Virus record (IMG/VR): IMGVR_UViG_3300044609_000721
Length of the DNA stretch: 64,000 bases
Reading direction: 5' to 3' (one strand)
Source of the DNA: a virus
This document shows positions 8,979 through 18,652 of the stretch, piece by piece. The translations under genes and the position numbers were made by a program. Every line of letters begins with the position of its first letter. Positions within the stretch are counted from its first letter, which is position 1. The notes beneath the pieces are model-generated. The model was not told the DNA's origin and searched no databases. It saw only the letters and a list, made by a program, of their open reading frames with translations.

Positions 8979-9178
8979 AGGTTCTCCACTTCTTTGGATA
9001 GGGTCATCATATCACCCTTATCAAGTACAGTCAAGTTATTGAGTTTCTGTGCTGTCATGCTCTTCACATGTTCCATGGTTTTGCGAATGATAGCAGCAAC
9101 AAGTTTCTGTTCTGTATCTGCCCATGTGTTTCTCTCATGCCATATATCATCCATGAGTTTTTGTGCTCTAGTTGTCAT
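8975..9178 (-). CDS. hypothetical protein
   Basis: 67 aa ORF, coupled. Confidence 0.6.
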   Translation of the reverse strand: MTTRAQKLMDDIWHERNTWADTEQKLVAAIIRKTMEHVKSMTAQKLNNLTVLDKGDMMTLSKEVENL

Positions 9179-9390
9179 TTTCCTAACCTCAATACACGCT
9201 CATCAGACAGCTGGGGGTGAAACAAATCATCATATGGGTAGATGTATTCATCATACCACCCAGAACAAATGGCTTCCCAGAACTCACCATATCCCCACTT
9301 ATCACCGTCATTATAGCAGTCTAGAGCATACCAGAAGTCGTGGAATCCGTCAAGGAAATCTTGCCACTTTGATTGTGTCTCAAATCTCAT
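9175..9390 (-). CDS. hypothetical protein
   Basis: 71 aa Trp/Tyr/Asp-rich ORF. Confidence 0.6.
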   Translation of the reverse strand: MRFETQSKWQDFLDGFHDFWYALDCYNDGDKWGYGEFWEAICSGWYDEYIYPYDDLFHPQLSDERVLRLGK

Positions 9391-9562
9391 GATGTTTCAT
9401 CACTCCAATAGTATTTTAGTTGATCTCCAGTAATATTCAAGTGATAGATTTTGCCATCCTGACCATAAACACCGATCCACAGTGCTCTTTCATTCATACT
9501 TTCCAGATGAAACATCTTCACATCTTCCAGTACAATTTCATCTGGATTTTCAGTAAATCTAC

Positions 9563-9865
9563 TCATGAGTAATTAAAGTGTAAATGTGTTTCCCAAGTAA
9601 AAGCAGGTTGGTCTCTCCATTGCATCATTTCTGCGACGAAATATGGAATAAACCTTGTATATTTGTCTAGAAACTCCCTCTCAGTAAGTTCCTCAAAACC
9701 TTGCATATAATAATCACAATCAACAAACTTTACGAACTTTTCATACTCTCGGTCTCTATCATCAATTTTCTGATAGTTACGGCAGATCTTCAACCAAAAT
9801 GATCTACCCTCACCAGTCGCACAATAATCAATCGCAAAGAAACGATAAAAAGGTTTGTCATCCAT
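9563..9865 (-). CDS. hypothetical protein
   Basis: 100 aa ORF (YRFFAIDYCATGEGRSFWL). Confidence 0.7.
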   Translation of the reverse strand: MDDKPFYRFFAIDYCATGEGRSFWLKICRNYQKIDDRDREYEKFVKFVDCDYYMQGFEELTEREFLDKYTRFIPYFVAEMMQWRDQPAFTWETHLHFNYS

Positions 9866-10256
9866 TGTTTTGTCTCACTCTTTTAAGAAATGCAGTTGCT
9901 TGCTCATCCAATCGTTCAATCAAATCTTCAATATCAGTAATTGCAATATGAGTGTATTCTTGATTGAGGTGTTCACAGCGAAGCGCATCAATCATTGATT
10001 GAAATGCAATCATTTGCTGATGTTCTGGTGTGATAGGTGTTCCGTGAGGAAGTCCAGCACATTCCATATTGTAGTAATCATTATATCGTTGAAGAACACG
10101 ATTACTTCTCTCGCGGCGTTCTGCTTCTTCAAGCATTTCTTCGTGTGTCATAGTGTTTTTCCTCGCTGCCCAACCTAGATTAGGCCAAGTGTCATGATAG
10201 ATTTGATTGAGTTTCTCGTTATCGTAGTATGTCAAATCGGATACCTTTCGAAACAT
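9858..10256 (-). CDS. hypothetical protein (start uncertain; internal ATG at 10151)
   Basis: 132 aa ORF. Confidence 0.55.
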   Translation of the reverse strand: MFRKVSDLTYYDNEKLNQIYHDTWPNLGWAARKNTMTHEEMLEEAERRERSNRVLQRYNDYYNMECAGLPHGTPITPEHQQMIAFQSMIDALRCEHLNQEYTHIAITDIEDLIERLDEQATAFLKRVRQNNG

Positions 10257-10441
10257 GCAGAATTGTACATTCCAGGATGCCCAACAATCTTAATCTTAGT
10301 GTGCTGTGTATGGACCTCTACACGCTCCACACCATAAACGTACCCCTGAGTCAAGACTTTGTTCGGATCATCGTTAGAACCCCACGCAATCTGCTCTGGT
10401 GAGCATCCAAGAAAGTAAACAGTGTCTCCAGGATTAAACAT
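10232..10441 (-). CDS. hypothetical protein
   Basis: 69 aa ORF. Confidence 0.65.
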   Translation of the reverse strand: MFNPGDTVYFLGCSPEQIAWGSNDDPNKVLTQGYVYGVERVEVHTQHTKIKIVGHPGMYNSACFERYPI

Positions 10442-10597
10442 TACAGAATACCTACCGATTTAAGATAACGACGATATGCCATATAACGTCCTAGGTGTGG
10501 TTGCCCAGGAACATTTAGTTGATGGCAGATTTCACTATAGCATAAAAATTCGTACCATGGAGTCGTTGGATCGAGAACATGATACGGATATTCACGA

Positions 10598-10864
10598 TTA
10601 GAGTTTTCCACCTACCACACCCTCATACGAAGACCCAACATTGTCACTCCATCCTTCTTGTACTCCCTTAAGATAAAACCTGGTGGCAGAAATACATAAT
10701 TCTTTCGTGAGGGACGTGATAAGTGGTTTCCCATCTTTGTCAAAAGAGTGCCACAATTTGTACGGAGTTTCTTCAACATAAAAGGCATCATCATAGAAAG
10801 TTCGTTCGTTGTTCTGGTTGCTCATCAGGTACTCCTTCAATAATAATCTTGGCTGGTTCATCAT
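10598..10864 (-). CDS. hypothetical protein
   Basis: 88 aa ORF ending YEGVVGGKL; true start may be the internal MSNQ. Confidence 0.6.
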   Translation of the reverse strand: MMNQPRLLLKEYLMSNQNNERTFYDDAFYVEETPYKLWHSFDKDGKPLITSLTKELCISATRFYLKGVQEGWSDNVGSSYEGVVGGKL

Positions 10865-11021
10865 TCCAGTGTCGAATCACACCAGCAACAATGAACATGT
10901 TTGTAATTAAATACGTTGCAAATATAATCGTCCTGACAATCGCAACTTTATCAGCAACACAATCTTTCTTGTGTGCCTTTTCTCCTAGTGCCTTCGCCCA
11001 AAGTCTCCACATCACACCCAT
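10791..11021 (-). CDS. hypothetical membrane protein
   Basis: MWRLWAKALGEK...VAIVRTIIFATYLITNMFIVAGVIRHW. Confidence 0.7.
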   Translation of the reverse strand: MGVMWRLWAKALGEKAHKKDCVADKVAIVRTIIFATYLITNMFIVAGVIRHWNDEPAKIIIEGVPDEQPEQRTNFL

Positions 11022-11536
11022 TCTGGTTTTCTATCTGGTTTACGAAGGTAATTATCCTTTACCCAAGGTTTAGATGCAACATACATTTTATATGCTGTAA
11101 CATCATCTATGTTACTATCTAGTTTGTATTCGTTGGGCATGGCACGGGCAAACTTTTCCACGTTGGTATATTCGTAGATAGAAGTTCCTTTAGAGTGCAT
11201 CATTGCCATTGCCTCTTCAATAGTAGACTGACAAGAATGACGTTTACCATACCTGTGAGTATACTCGAAGCAAAGACCCAATCCATGAGCAATCAACCAT
11301 GCTAAGTTAGCATGACTTTGTGCTGCCCATTGAGTACAGGGATGATTGCGAAATGCACCTTTAGTAGTTGCATAAGCATCACCATCTTGCTTGTGAATAG
11401 GACCCCAACTATGATACCAGTCAGAATAAACAATAGAGAGCATTTGACATGTCTCTAGAGCCATTTTGACTACATGTTTGTCGGGTAGCAATGTTGCAGC
11501 AACAACAGGATCTTTATCGACTACGAATATATTCAT
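11012..11536 (-). CDS. denV: pyrimidine dimer DNA glycosylase / endonuclease V family protein
   Basis: MNIF...LPDKHVVKMALETCQMLS...NHPCTQW...EYTHRYGKRH. Confidence 0.8.
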   Translation of the reverse strand: MNIFVVDKDPVVAATLLPDKHVVKMALETCQMLSIVYSDWYHSWGPIHKQDGDAYATTKGAFRNHPCTQWAAQSHANLAWLIAHGLGLCFEYTHRYGKRHSCQSTIEEAMAMMHSKGTSIYEYTNVEKFARAMPNEYKLDSNIDDVTAYKMYVASKPWVKDNYLRKPDRKPEWV

Positions 11537-11662
11537 GATAAAGTTTGATGTACTTCTGGTAGAGTAGTTCTAGTGTAGCAGCATCTTCGGATTCGTCAAG
11601 TTCCAGCAAAGTATCTCTACAATCCTGCAACTTGTCACACAATTTCATAATATCTAGATGAC

Positions 11663-11842
11663 TCATGTTACTTGTTCCCTAACTTGTGTGTAGACAACAT
11701 CAAACATTTCATCAAGAATATCAGAACAACGCCAATACTCATTGCTGTCAAGAATAGTTTTATCCAGTTGATAGCGACGGACTGCATCATAGATGAGTCG
11801 GAGTTCTGCGTGATTAAACTTCGGAAGTGTAGTCTGCGTCAT
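11663..11842 (-). CDS. hypothetical protein (59 aa, not in the track)
   Basis: MTQTTLPKFNHAELRLIYDAVRRYQLDK... Confidence 0.55.
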   Translation of the reverse strand: MTQTTLPKFNHAELRLIYDAVRRYQLDKTILDSNEYWRCSDILDEMFDVVYTQVREQVT

Positions 11843-11987
11843 GATACTTTAGATACTCACGGAAGGTCATTTTCATTTCTTTCTGCGTCATACCACAATG
11901 GGCAGCAGCAGCGGGGAGGTTCATCGTAGCACGAAAGAGTGCTTGATTTGCCTCCTTAACGTTTTCTGGTGTGGTTTTTACTCCCAC
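11814..11987 (-). CDS. small conserved cyanophage-type protein (57 aa, GTG start, not in the track)
   Basis: MGVKTTPENVKEANQALFRATMNLPAAAAHCGMTQKEMKMTFREYLKY. Confidence 0.65.
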   Translation of the reverse strand: MGVKTTPENVKEANQALFRATMNLPAAAAHCGMTQKEMKMTFREYLKYHDADYTSEV

Positions 11988-12184
11988 TTAAAATCTCCTG
12001 TATGTAGATTATCGAGTTTGTCAAACAGTTTGTCAACCGATTTCAGTTTCTCAATGTTACACATGAGATCTGCAATTGCTTGATTGATCATTGGTCGTTC
12101 GTTTCGTGCTGCAAAAGCAAGTGCATTACGCAACGATGCTTGTGCTTCATCCAGCGATTCTTCTACTTGTTGCGATAATGCCAT
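11978..12184 (-). CDS. hypothetical protein
   Basis: MALSQQVEESLDEAQASLRNALAFAARNERP. Confidence 0.7.
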   Translation of the reverse strand: MALSQQVEESLDEAQASLRNALAFAARNERPMINQAIADLMCNIEKLKSVDKLFDKLDNLHTGDFKWE

Positions 12185-12186
12185 AA

Positions 12187-12405
12187 TTAAGTCATTGCGA
12201 GTTGAATAAGTTTTGCCACCTCAATGATAGCAAAGAAGGAACGGACGACAATCATATCCCACATTTTAACCTTATAGAAATAAGGCCATGAGAGAAGATT
12301 ACCAACCAGTCTAACATAGACTCCGAGTTCTACGCTATTGAACAATACGACTGCATACCCGACGATAAACAGAAGATTCCCAATAATTCTGCAAATGTTT
12401 AACAT
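12187..12405 (-). CDS. small membrane protein
   Basis: Three hydrophobic segments; probable start MLNIC at 12405. Confidence 0.65.
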   Translation of the reverse strand: MLNICRIIGNLLFIVGYAVVLFNSVELGVYVRLVGNLLSWPYFYKVKMWDMIVVRSFFAIIEVAKLIQLAMT

Positions 12406-12419
12406 TGGGAATCTATGGA

Positions 12420-12605
12420 TCAATCGGATGCTCGCCATTGTGTAAGTTTAGCACGTTTTTGCTGAAATTCTTCAACAGCATCAAGAATGATTTTAGCAGA
12501 TTCTTGAGCATCTGCTTCATCCCAACCATCATTCTGCTGCCCACTGATATAGTAGGAGTACAGTTGATCTTTGATTGCATCCATTAGTTTATCGTAGTGT
12601 GTCAT
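12420..12605 (-). CDS. hypothetical protein
   Basis: 61 aa ORF. Confidence 0.6.
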   Translation of the reverse strand: MTHYDKLMDAIKDQLYSYYISGQQNDGWDEADAQESAKIILDAVEEFQQKRAKLTQWRASD

Positions 12606-12752
12606 CCTACCAGTTGTCGAATAAGTTCTTCTTCATCACCGAGGACTGCATCAGTCCAGTTGTCATCTTCATCAAACTCATTGATACGATCGTATTGATC
12701 AATCAGAGAGAAATCGAAGTTGTCCATGAGGTCGTCTGTCATTAACAAGATT

Positions 12753-12787
12753 AGTATAGGGTAAAGAAAAGGGGGTGTCAAGCCCCC
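12753..12787 (-). promoter_or_regulatory. sigma70-type promoter overlapping an intrinsic terminator
   Basis: TTGACA(12781-12776)-17-TATACT(12758-12753); GGGGG/CCCCC stem followed by TTTT. Confidence 0.85.
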
Positions 12788-12793
12788 TATTGA

Positions 12794-13018
12794 TCAGTTC
12801 TTCTTATGGTTCCATGGGATCGGGGGAAGTCCTAACTCTTTGTTGAACTTATTTAGATCCCTAAGAAGTTTCCACTTGAAGTATATTCGCATTACTTCTG
12901 TTTGTGCGTGTCTGATCTTAATATTCATAAAAACTAAAATCTGATTCATTCCCTCTGGATATTCCCAGAATAAGTACACAAGTACAAGAAGAAATAGAAT
13001 AAAAAACTGATAATTCAT
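12794..13018 (-). CDS. hypothetical membrane-anchored protein
   Basis: N-terminal transmembrane-like segment. Confidence 0.6.
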   Translation of the reverse strand: MNYQFFILFLLVLVYLFWEYPEGMNQILVFMNIKIRHAQTEVMRIYFKWKLLRDLNKFNKELGLPPIPWNHKKN

Positions 13019-13024
13019 TTAGTT

Positions 13025-13234
13025 TTAGAAAACAAATTTATATTGACTCTCAGATCCATAGGCATACCCTCTAGGAGGAGCAGGAGTAGCAGCAGGGTAT
13101 GGTTGTCCAAAAACAACAGGTGCTGCATATAATTTTCTGATTAAATAACCTTCTGGAGTCTGAAGAGTTTCCCCATATCGTATCTGTGGGGCTACATTTT
13201 GAGGTACCGTAATAATTGTTGGAGCATCAATCAT
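13025..13234 (-). CDS. hypothetical Pro-rich protein
   Basis: 69 aa ORF. Confidence 0.55.
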   Translation of the reverse strand: MIDAPTIITVPQNVAPQIRYGETLQTPEGYLIRKLYAAPVVFGQPYPAATPAPPRGYAYGSESQYKFVF

Positions 13235-13404
13235 TTCTGTAAGTAGGGGTCAAATACTGTAAGCAGATGTTCCCACATCTGTTTCTCTTGCTTAGAAGTC
13301 TGCTTTGTAGTTTGTTCCCAGTCAAGTAGTACATTGACCAAAAATTTACATTCTGAAGTAGACAACTCAATGGTCTTTAGATTGTTCAACATCATGATTA
13401 GTTT

Positions 13405-13518
13405 TTAGAAAGAGTAATCGTAAGAATATTCGATATCCAGTTCTGGATAATCGTCGTATTGGACATCATCTTCTTGAGATGAATTTTCGTAGAATGATAC
13501 TTCTTCAGGAAGATCCAT
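13405..13518 (-). CDS. small acidic protein (37 aa)
   Basis: MDLPEEVSFYENSSQEDDVQYDDYPELDIEYSYDYSF; starts 1 nt after the upstream stop. Confidence 0.5.
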   Translation of the reverse strand: MDLPEEVSFYENSSQEDDVQYDDYPELDIEYSYDYSF

Positions 13519-13519
13519 T

Positions 13520-13702
13520 TCAGCACCAGTCTTCTTCAGTGAATTCATTGTAGTTAGCATTGAATTTTTTATTGCCTTTGTTTTTACGACCTTGCTGATA
13601 ATCATCTTCGGAACGATAACGTTCTGAATTTGCACGATAACGCTTATCCTTGGAAACTTTCCCCCAGGAGTGATAATCATCACGTCGATATGTACGACCC
13701 AT
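13520..13702 (-). CDS. small basic/hydrophilic protein
   Basis: MGRTYRRDDY...; first ORF after the promoter at 13737-13765. Confidence 0.65.
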   Translation of the reverse strand: MGRTYRRDDYHSWGKVSKDKRYRANSERYRSEDDYQQGRKNKGNKKFNANYNEFTEEDWC

Positions 13703-13736
13703 TAGTTTTTGTGTCTTTCGAATGAACTACTTCTAT

Positions 13737-13765
13737 ATAGTACCTCATGAGGCGAGACCTGTCAA
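13737..13765 (-). promoter_or_regulatory. sigma70-type promoter
   Basis: TTGACA(13765-13760)-17-TACTAT(13742-13737); palindrome CCTCATGAGG in the spacer. Confidence 0.75.
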
Positions 13766-14289
13766 GCCCCCTGACCGAGCATTTTTCTTTTATCATATTT
13801 CCACTCAGAATGTGGACCATTTGCATCAACATACTGAAGGAATGCTTGAACATGTCTATTACCTGTGAAAGGTTCTCTCCAATGTGGATATTCAATACCT
13901 TTATAGATGCATACATCACCTACATTTAGTTCATAAGATCTGATTTCACCATCAACTTCAAAAAATATAGGCCAATCAGTTTCCTTTTCGAGGCAACAGG
14001 TAACTCCATACTCAGAACTAGGACGGTCTGTATGACGTTCTAGGACACTTTGGTTTCCATATATCCTTCCATATGAATATGTTGGATACAGAGTCATCTG
14101 GAGTTCTCTCTCCACCTTTGGGTGCATCCACAACAAAAGAGATTCTAGAAATATAGGACTGTAATATCCAAATGCATTTGCAATAGTTGGATCTGGTGGA
14201 TTATTCAATAGTAATCTCAGCATTTCCATGTTGGTAGAAATATACTTGCACATCTCTACTGGAATTGCATTTCTAATAACTTTAATCAT
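13762..14289 (-). CDS. 2OG-Fe(II) oxygenase
   Basis: HTD...H(WR)...R pattern: ERHTDRPSSE, YPHWRE, NRHVQAFL. Confidence 0.85.
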   Translation of the reverse strand: MIKVIRNAIPVEMCKYISTNMEMLRLLLNNPPDPTIANAFGYYSPIFLESLLLWMHPKVERELQMTLYPTYSYGRIYGNQSVLERHTDRPSSEYGVTCCLEKETDWPIFFEVDGEIRSYELNVGDVCIYKGIEYPHWREPFTGNRHVQAFLQYVDANGPHSEWKYDKRKMLGQGA

Positions 14290-14879
14290 AGACTTGATAA
14301 ATTCATGTTAATGACACAGCGATACGGTTGTGTTTTCGTATAAGAACTCGAATGGTAATAATTTCCTGGGAAAAGAAGAAGTCTACCTTTTTTTGGTGCA
14401 ACTCTCTGCTTAATTGTCCACTCATTTCGTTTTAAGTAATATTCATCCCTCTCAATCGTAGGAATATCCAACTTCTGATCGAAAATTACAGTATCACCAT
14501 CACAGTCATTCACATAATATAGTGCAACATAATGTTTACTGTAATTATCAACATGAGGCATATGATAATCCATTGTTGAATCTGGATTGCCAAGTACAAA
14601 ATTGAACCTCATTCTATCCAGGAAGTTGAAAGAAACTCCAGTCTTCTCAGTGATAGACAATACTAGAGGATAGATTGTGTTGAAGAAGTTAGAAATTGGT
14701 TTCTGCTCTTCATACAATTCATGAGTAAATCCATGAATATTCAGAGGTTGTTTCCCATATTCATAAGCAACAATATTTTTCCTAAAGTACCAGGGAAAAG
14801 TAGCACTATTAACAATGCTCAAAATGTGATTCTGATAATCTCTACTGATGAAATCATCTATAACGATAATATCTTTCAT
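14286..14879 (-). CDS. 2OG-Fe(II) oxygenase
   Basis: PHVD, LYYVNDCDGDT, YYHSS, YRCVINMN. Confidence 0.85.
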   Translation of the reverse strand: MKDIIVIDDFISRDYQNHILSIVNSATFPWYFRKNIVAYEYGKQPLNIHGFTHELYEEQKPISNFFNTIYPLVLSITEKTGVSFNFLDRMRFNFVLGNPDSTMDYHMPHVDNYSKHYVALYYVNDCDGDTVIFDQKLDIPTIERDEYYLKRNEWTIKQRVAPKKGRLLLFPGNYYHSSSYTKTQPYRCVINMNLSSL

Positions 14880-15493
14880 ATAGCATGTCCAAAAAACACT
14901 AGGGTTAATCTTGCAGTATCAATATCTTTACCAAAGAAATTATCTGCACTGTGCCAAACTCTAGGATCGAAGATATTGCATCGATTGAATCTATTCTGAA
15001 CTGTAATACTTGGAATCCATTGAGATCTATGATCTTTTCTGTATTGATCATACTTCCTTCGGCCTTCAATGTCATCAGAGTTCACTTCTTCCATGAACAT
15101 CTTAGAGTAATCATCACCATTAACATCCATTCTATCATTATAGAATGTAGTACCAGAATTAATTGGAGTTGGATCTGGATTTAAATAAACCATTCCAGCA
15201 ACATTATACTTATCATCGTCAGTGTGAATCCACCCACTCCCATAAGTGTCATCAATAATTTGAAAAGAAGTCTGAAGAATAGAAAATGAATTCTTATCTG
15301 GGATATGATGAACTAACTTAGATGCAAAAGTATGAAAGAGAGTAATATCTACTTCATCTAGAAAATTACTTCTCAATCCAGGCCAATTTCCACGATCACC
15401 TTTAAAATATTCCTGCTGTAAAGCAAAATTCCTAACAAGAGATGGAGTTTCAAAGAAATTGTCAATTGTAATTAGTGGTAATCTATTTTTCAT
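14876..15493 (-). CDS. 2OG-Fe(II) oxygenase (DUF6445-like)
   Basis: WIHTD, AGMVYLNP...SGTTFY, FNRCNIF...WHSA, ARLTLVFF. Confidence 0.8.
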   Translation of the reverse strand: MKNRLPLITIDNFFETPSLVRNFALQQEYFKGDRGNWPGLRSNFLDEVDITLFHTFASKLVHHIPDKNSFSILQTSFQIIDDTYGSGWIHTDDDKYNVAGMVYLNPDPTPINSGTTFYNDRMDVNGDDYSKMFMEEVNSDDIEGRRKYDQYRKDHRSQWIPSITVQNRFNRCNIFDPRVWHSADNFFGKDIDTARLTLVFFGHAI

Positions 15494-16056
15494 TCTGTTA
15501 CAAAATTAAAAGTAAGTACAAGTCTTCGAGAACACATTTTAGGGCAACCACTTGCATGATAGTGCTTACCATCAAAACAAACAAATTTACCTTGTTCTGG
15601 TTTTATTCTTTGTTTGATAGTATATTTTTCATTTTGTTCAGTCTCATTGAAGATATAGGTATCTCCATCACAGTCATTGAGATAATAGAGTCCAACTTTA
15701 TGCTGATACTGATAATCTACATGTGGATTATTGTAAGAATATGGTAAGTGTGGCATACTGTATACAGTATTCAGAAGAAATCCAAGTCTAACTCTCAGCA
15801 AATCTTTGAGAACCATATTCTCTCTATGTAAGAATTCAAGAAGAATTGGATAATAAGAATTCAAATACTGATTAGATTGTCCTTCATTATACATCAAATT
15901 ACAAAATCCCTGAGTATTCTTCTTACCCTCGGTGGTTCTTTCGTTTGTAACTTCAGGAAGATAATGCCAATCAAATTCTCTAGACGTTGCTAGATCAAGT
16001 AAAAACTTCTGTTGAGATTTGGGAATAATGTCTTGAATTGTAATGATGTCATTCAT
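15490..16056 (-). CDS. 2OG-Fe(II) oxygenase
   Basis: PHVD, LYYLNDCDGDT, HYHAS, RRLVLTFNF; paralog of 14286-14879. Confidence 0.85.
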   Translation of the reverse strand: MNDIITIQDIIPKSQQKFLLDLATSREFDWHYLPEVTNERTTEGKKNTQGFCNLMYNEGQSNQYLNSYYPILLEFLHRENMVLKDLLRVRLGFLLNTVYSMPHLPYSYNNPHVDYQYQHKVGLYYLNDCDGDTYIFNETEQNEKYTIKQRIKPEQGKFVCFDGKHYHASGCPKMCSRRLVLTFNFVTE

Positions 16057-16759
16057 AGTTTATCTTGTAATAATTACGATCTACAGACTGATTTGAAGTC
16101 GGTAACTTTTGCCAACATGGTATACTCATAGACAAACGTTTTCCTAAAGGAACTGCCCAATGATAAGCCCTAGAAGGAATATACAATCCATCCCCAGGTT
16201 TAAGAACAACTTCGGTTTCAACCTGTAGTTGATCTTCACTCAATGTGTGCTGTTGAGTTCCTGTCTTATATAGTGACGATATGCGATTCTTAAAGATCTT
16301 CCAATGAGTTTCACCTTCTACCTGAATTATGAAGTTGGAAGGATAATCATCATGAATTTTAAATGACTTTGAATCCTCCAGACCACAATACACATGAATT
16401 GCAGTATCTATATCAAAGATTCGTTCAAAGACATTCAATAGATCATTCGTCTTCTGACTATAGAATCCATAGTTCATGATGATGAGAGTATTACCTGCAT
16501 TGATTCCATCAGCAAGAAATCTTTTGTCCTGTACAAGTTTGTTACTAATCCAGGCCTTCTGCTGTGCAGGAATATTGATCTTGTTTGAGAACTTATCAAT
16601 CATCTCAAAGTCAAACAGATGAGGATTGTTCACACAGGTCTCAACATCTTGCCAAGAAAGATAGTCTTCTGGATTGTCTAGAAGGTTTTCAAAGTAATGA
16701 GATCTATCATTCACAATCAGATTAGTCTCATTTAAAATTCTTTGTCCGATGTTATACAT
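16049..16759 (-). CDS. JmjC/cupin-4 family oxygenase
   Basis: HVY...SFKIHDD..SNFIIQVEGETHWKIF, LKPGDGLYIPSRAYHWA; probable start MYNIG at 16759. Confidence 0.85.
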   Translation of the reverse strand: MYNIGQRILNETNLIVNDRSHYFENLLDNPEDYLSWQDVETCVNNPHLFDFEMIDKFSNKINIPAQQKAWISNKLVQDKRFLADGINAGNTLIIMNYGFYSQKTNDLLNVFERIFDIDTAIHVYCGLEDSKSFKIHDDYPSNFIIQVEGETHWKIFKNRISSLYKTGTQQHTLSEDQLQVETEVVLKPGDGLYIPSRAYHWAVPLGKRLSMSIPCWQKLPTSNQSVDRNYYKINYE

Positions 16760-17336
16760 TGTACTTGATTGCAATGTTGAATGAAATCGAGATTCTCTCT
16801 TCTTCCGTTTCGTTTTCATCTACGGAGTGTGGAACATAAGATGGAAATAGAATCAATCTACCAACCTTTGGAGGATACTTACATACGCTTCCACTGATAG
16901 GTGTATAGTTAGCAACTCTAGATGCTGAAGTTACAATGAAATCTTCCTGAAAGTTCTTGTAGAACACAATCTGAGGACTATCATCATTGCACTTCACATA
17001 ATAGACACCAGATACAAATGACCCATGGTGAATGTGAGTCTTGTTTGAATTGTTCTTTTGATTGATATTCACCCACATATTACCCATCTCTAGGGTTGTG
17101 CTTGCATCATATCCATAATCATGTAAGCACTGGTTTGCATTTACCATGATGTAGTTATACAGTTCTGGTAGATCTTTAGGATTAATATCGTTAGATTGCC
17201 AACCCCCAAGATTACTAATGCTTCTACCAGCAGGATCTTTCTCTCTAGCAGTATAACAATACTGTAATATGGTTTTGTTATCAATTCCAGTGTCAGTCCA
17301 CCACACTGGAGTAGGGAAGTAGTAATCTAGATTCAT
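16752..17336 (-). CDS. putative 2OG-Fe(II) oxygenase (TIGR02466-like)
   Basis: FPTP, WVNIN, HIHHGSFVSGVYY, LFPSYVPHSV, RISISFNI. Confidence 0.85.
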   Translation of the reverse strand: MNLDYYFPTPVWWTDTGIDNKTILQYCYTAREKDPAGRSISNLGGWQSNDINPKDLPELYNYIMVNANQCLHDYGYDASTTLEMGNMWVNINQKNNSNKTHIHHGSFVSGVYYVKCNDDSPQIVFYKNFQEDFIVTSASRVANYTPISGSVCKYPPKVGRLILFPSYVPHSVDENETEEERISISFNIAIKYNV

Positions 17337-17872
17337 AAGACTATGGGGATAAAACTAAAGTTTTCACTAATCATGTTAGAAGTTTGGAGATCAAATCCTA
17401 GGGTAATTCTTTCGTCATCAAAGTCTTCATCTACTCTAACGTGATGATATCTGAATCCAGGCCCAATATAAATCTGACCTGGTTGATTCTGTATCTCATA
17501 CATTATATTACCATTATGCGAATCTGTAAAGACCGTGGTTGTTTTGTGATCAGTGATACTTATATATCCATGAATTGGAAAGTCATGACTATGTGATTGC
17601 AATACTTGATCCTTAGTGTGTAGGTTAATCCAACTCTGCAACCACAACTGATCATGAGTAGTTGTATAATCTCGAATACATCTCAATAACTCTGTATAAA
17701 GTTTGTACACATGTTGATTACATGATGCAATACTAAAGAAATTGTACATGTAGTAATAATCTGTAGAGTTATTCCTACCAAAGATATGATGAAATTTGTT
17801 GTTGGATAACTTGATGTAGTCTGTGAGTTCTTTTACTTCGATATCAATTTTATACGTTTTGTAGTCATTCAT
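17333..17872 (-). CDS. putative 2OG-Fe(II) oxygenase
   Basis: SWINLH, HSHDF, YHHV, RITLGFDL; probable start MNDYK at 17872. Confidence 0.75.
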   Translation of the reverse strand: MNDYKTYKIDIEVKELTDYIKLSNNKFHHIFGRNNSTDYYYMYNFFSIASCNQHVYKLYTELLRCIRDYTTTHDQLWLQSWINLHTKDQVLQSHSHDFPIHGYISITDHKTTTVFTDSHNGNIMYEIQNQPGQIYIGPGFRYHHVRVDEDFDDERITLGFDLQTSNMISENFSFIPIVL

Positions 17873-18651
17873 ATCATAGGAGTGTAAGAGATAGCATATG
17901 TGTGAGACCACCTGAAGTCCACAGAAGAATCAATGTATGGTGAATGAGGAGTATGAGAATTGTATAGAGTCATCTTAGATTGAATACTAGGTGCAATTCC
18001 AACAGGTTCAAATCCCCAATATTCATACTCATCTTGACTCATATTCTTCCACTCAGAAAGTCTCTTCCTATCAAGAAAAAGTTCCTTACATTCATTGAAT
18101 CTTGGATGAGATTCGTGTACCTGAAAGTCAAAGTACATTTTATTATCATCACCTCTATAAGTTTTGCCCTTATATTCATATAGAGATGTTCCAGAAGTAC
18201 CTTCTTTATGATCAGAAAACCAAAAATTTGCAACTACACCACAAGGAAAATCCATATGAGGTAATCTAAAGTATTCGAGTGGTTTTGATTTCTCCCTAAA
18301 GTATACATTTCCCCACTCACTAAATCTCATATCAAAGTGAGGAGGAAACTGAGGTTTGAAATAGGTTTTGATTAATATTAATATTCCCCTACACATCCAT
18401 TCGGGTAAATGAATAGCCTCAAATGGGTTTGCTTCTTTACACTGTTGGTTGTTGTGCGTTTTGATAATAGGGAAGCAAGATGCCAATTCTTTATACATTT
18501 CAAATCCATTATCCAAGAATGGATTATCTGCTATCCAATATCCTACAGTGTCAGTTAATTTAATGTATTGGATATTCCATTCATCATACTTTTTGACTTT
18601 AATTACGTCGTCAAATTCATTTGCATCTGGATAACAATATCTAAAATTCAT
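17869..18651 (-). CDS. putative 2OG-Fe(II) oxygenase (DUF6445-like)
   Basis: LPHMD, SGTSLY, LYNSHTPHSP, FRWSHTY. Confidence 0.7.
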   Translation of the reverse strand: MNFRYCYPDANEFDDVIKVKKYDEWNIQYIKLTDTVGYWIADNPFLDNGFEMYKELASCFPIIKTHNNQQCKEANPFEAIHLPEWMCRGILILIKTYFKPQFPPHFDMRFSEWGNVYFREKSKPLEYFRLPHMDFPCGVVANFWFSDHKEGTSGTSLYEYKGKTYRGDDNKMYFDFQVHESHPRFNECKELFLDRKRLSEWKNMSQDEYEYWGFEPVGIAPSIQSKMTLYNSHTPHSPYIDSSVDFRWSHTYAISYTPMI

Positions 18652-18652
18652 T

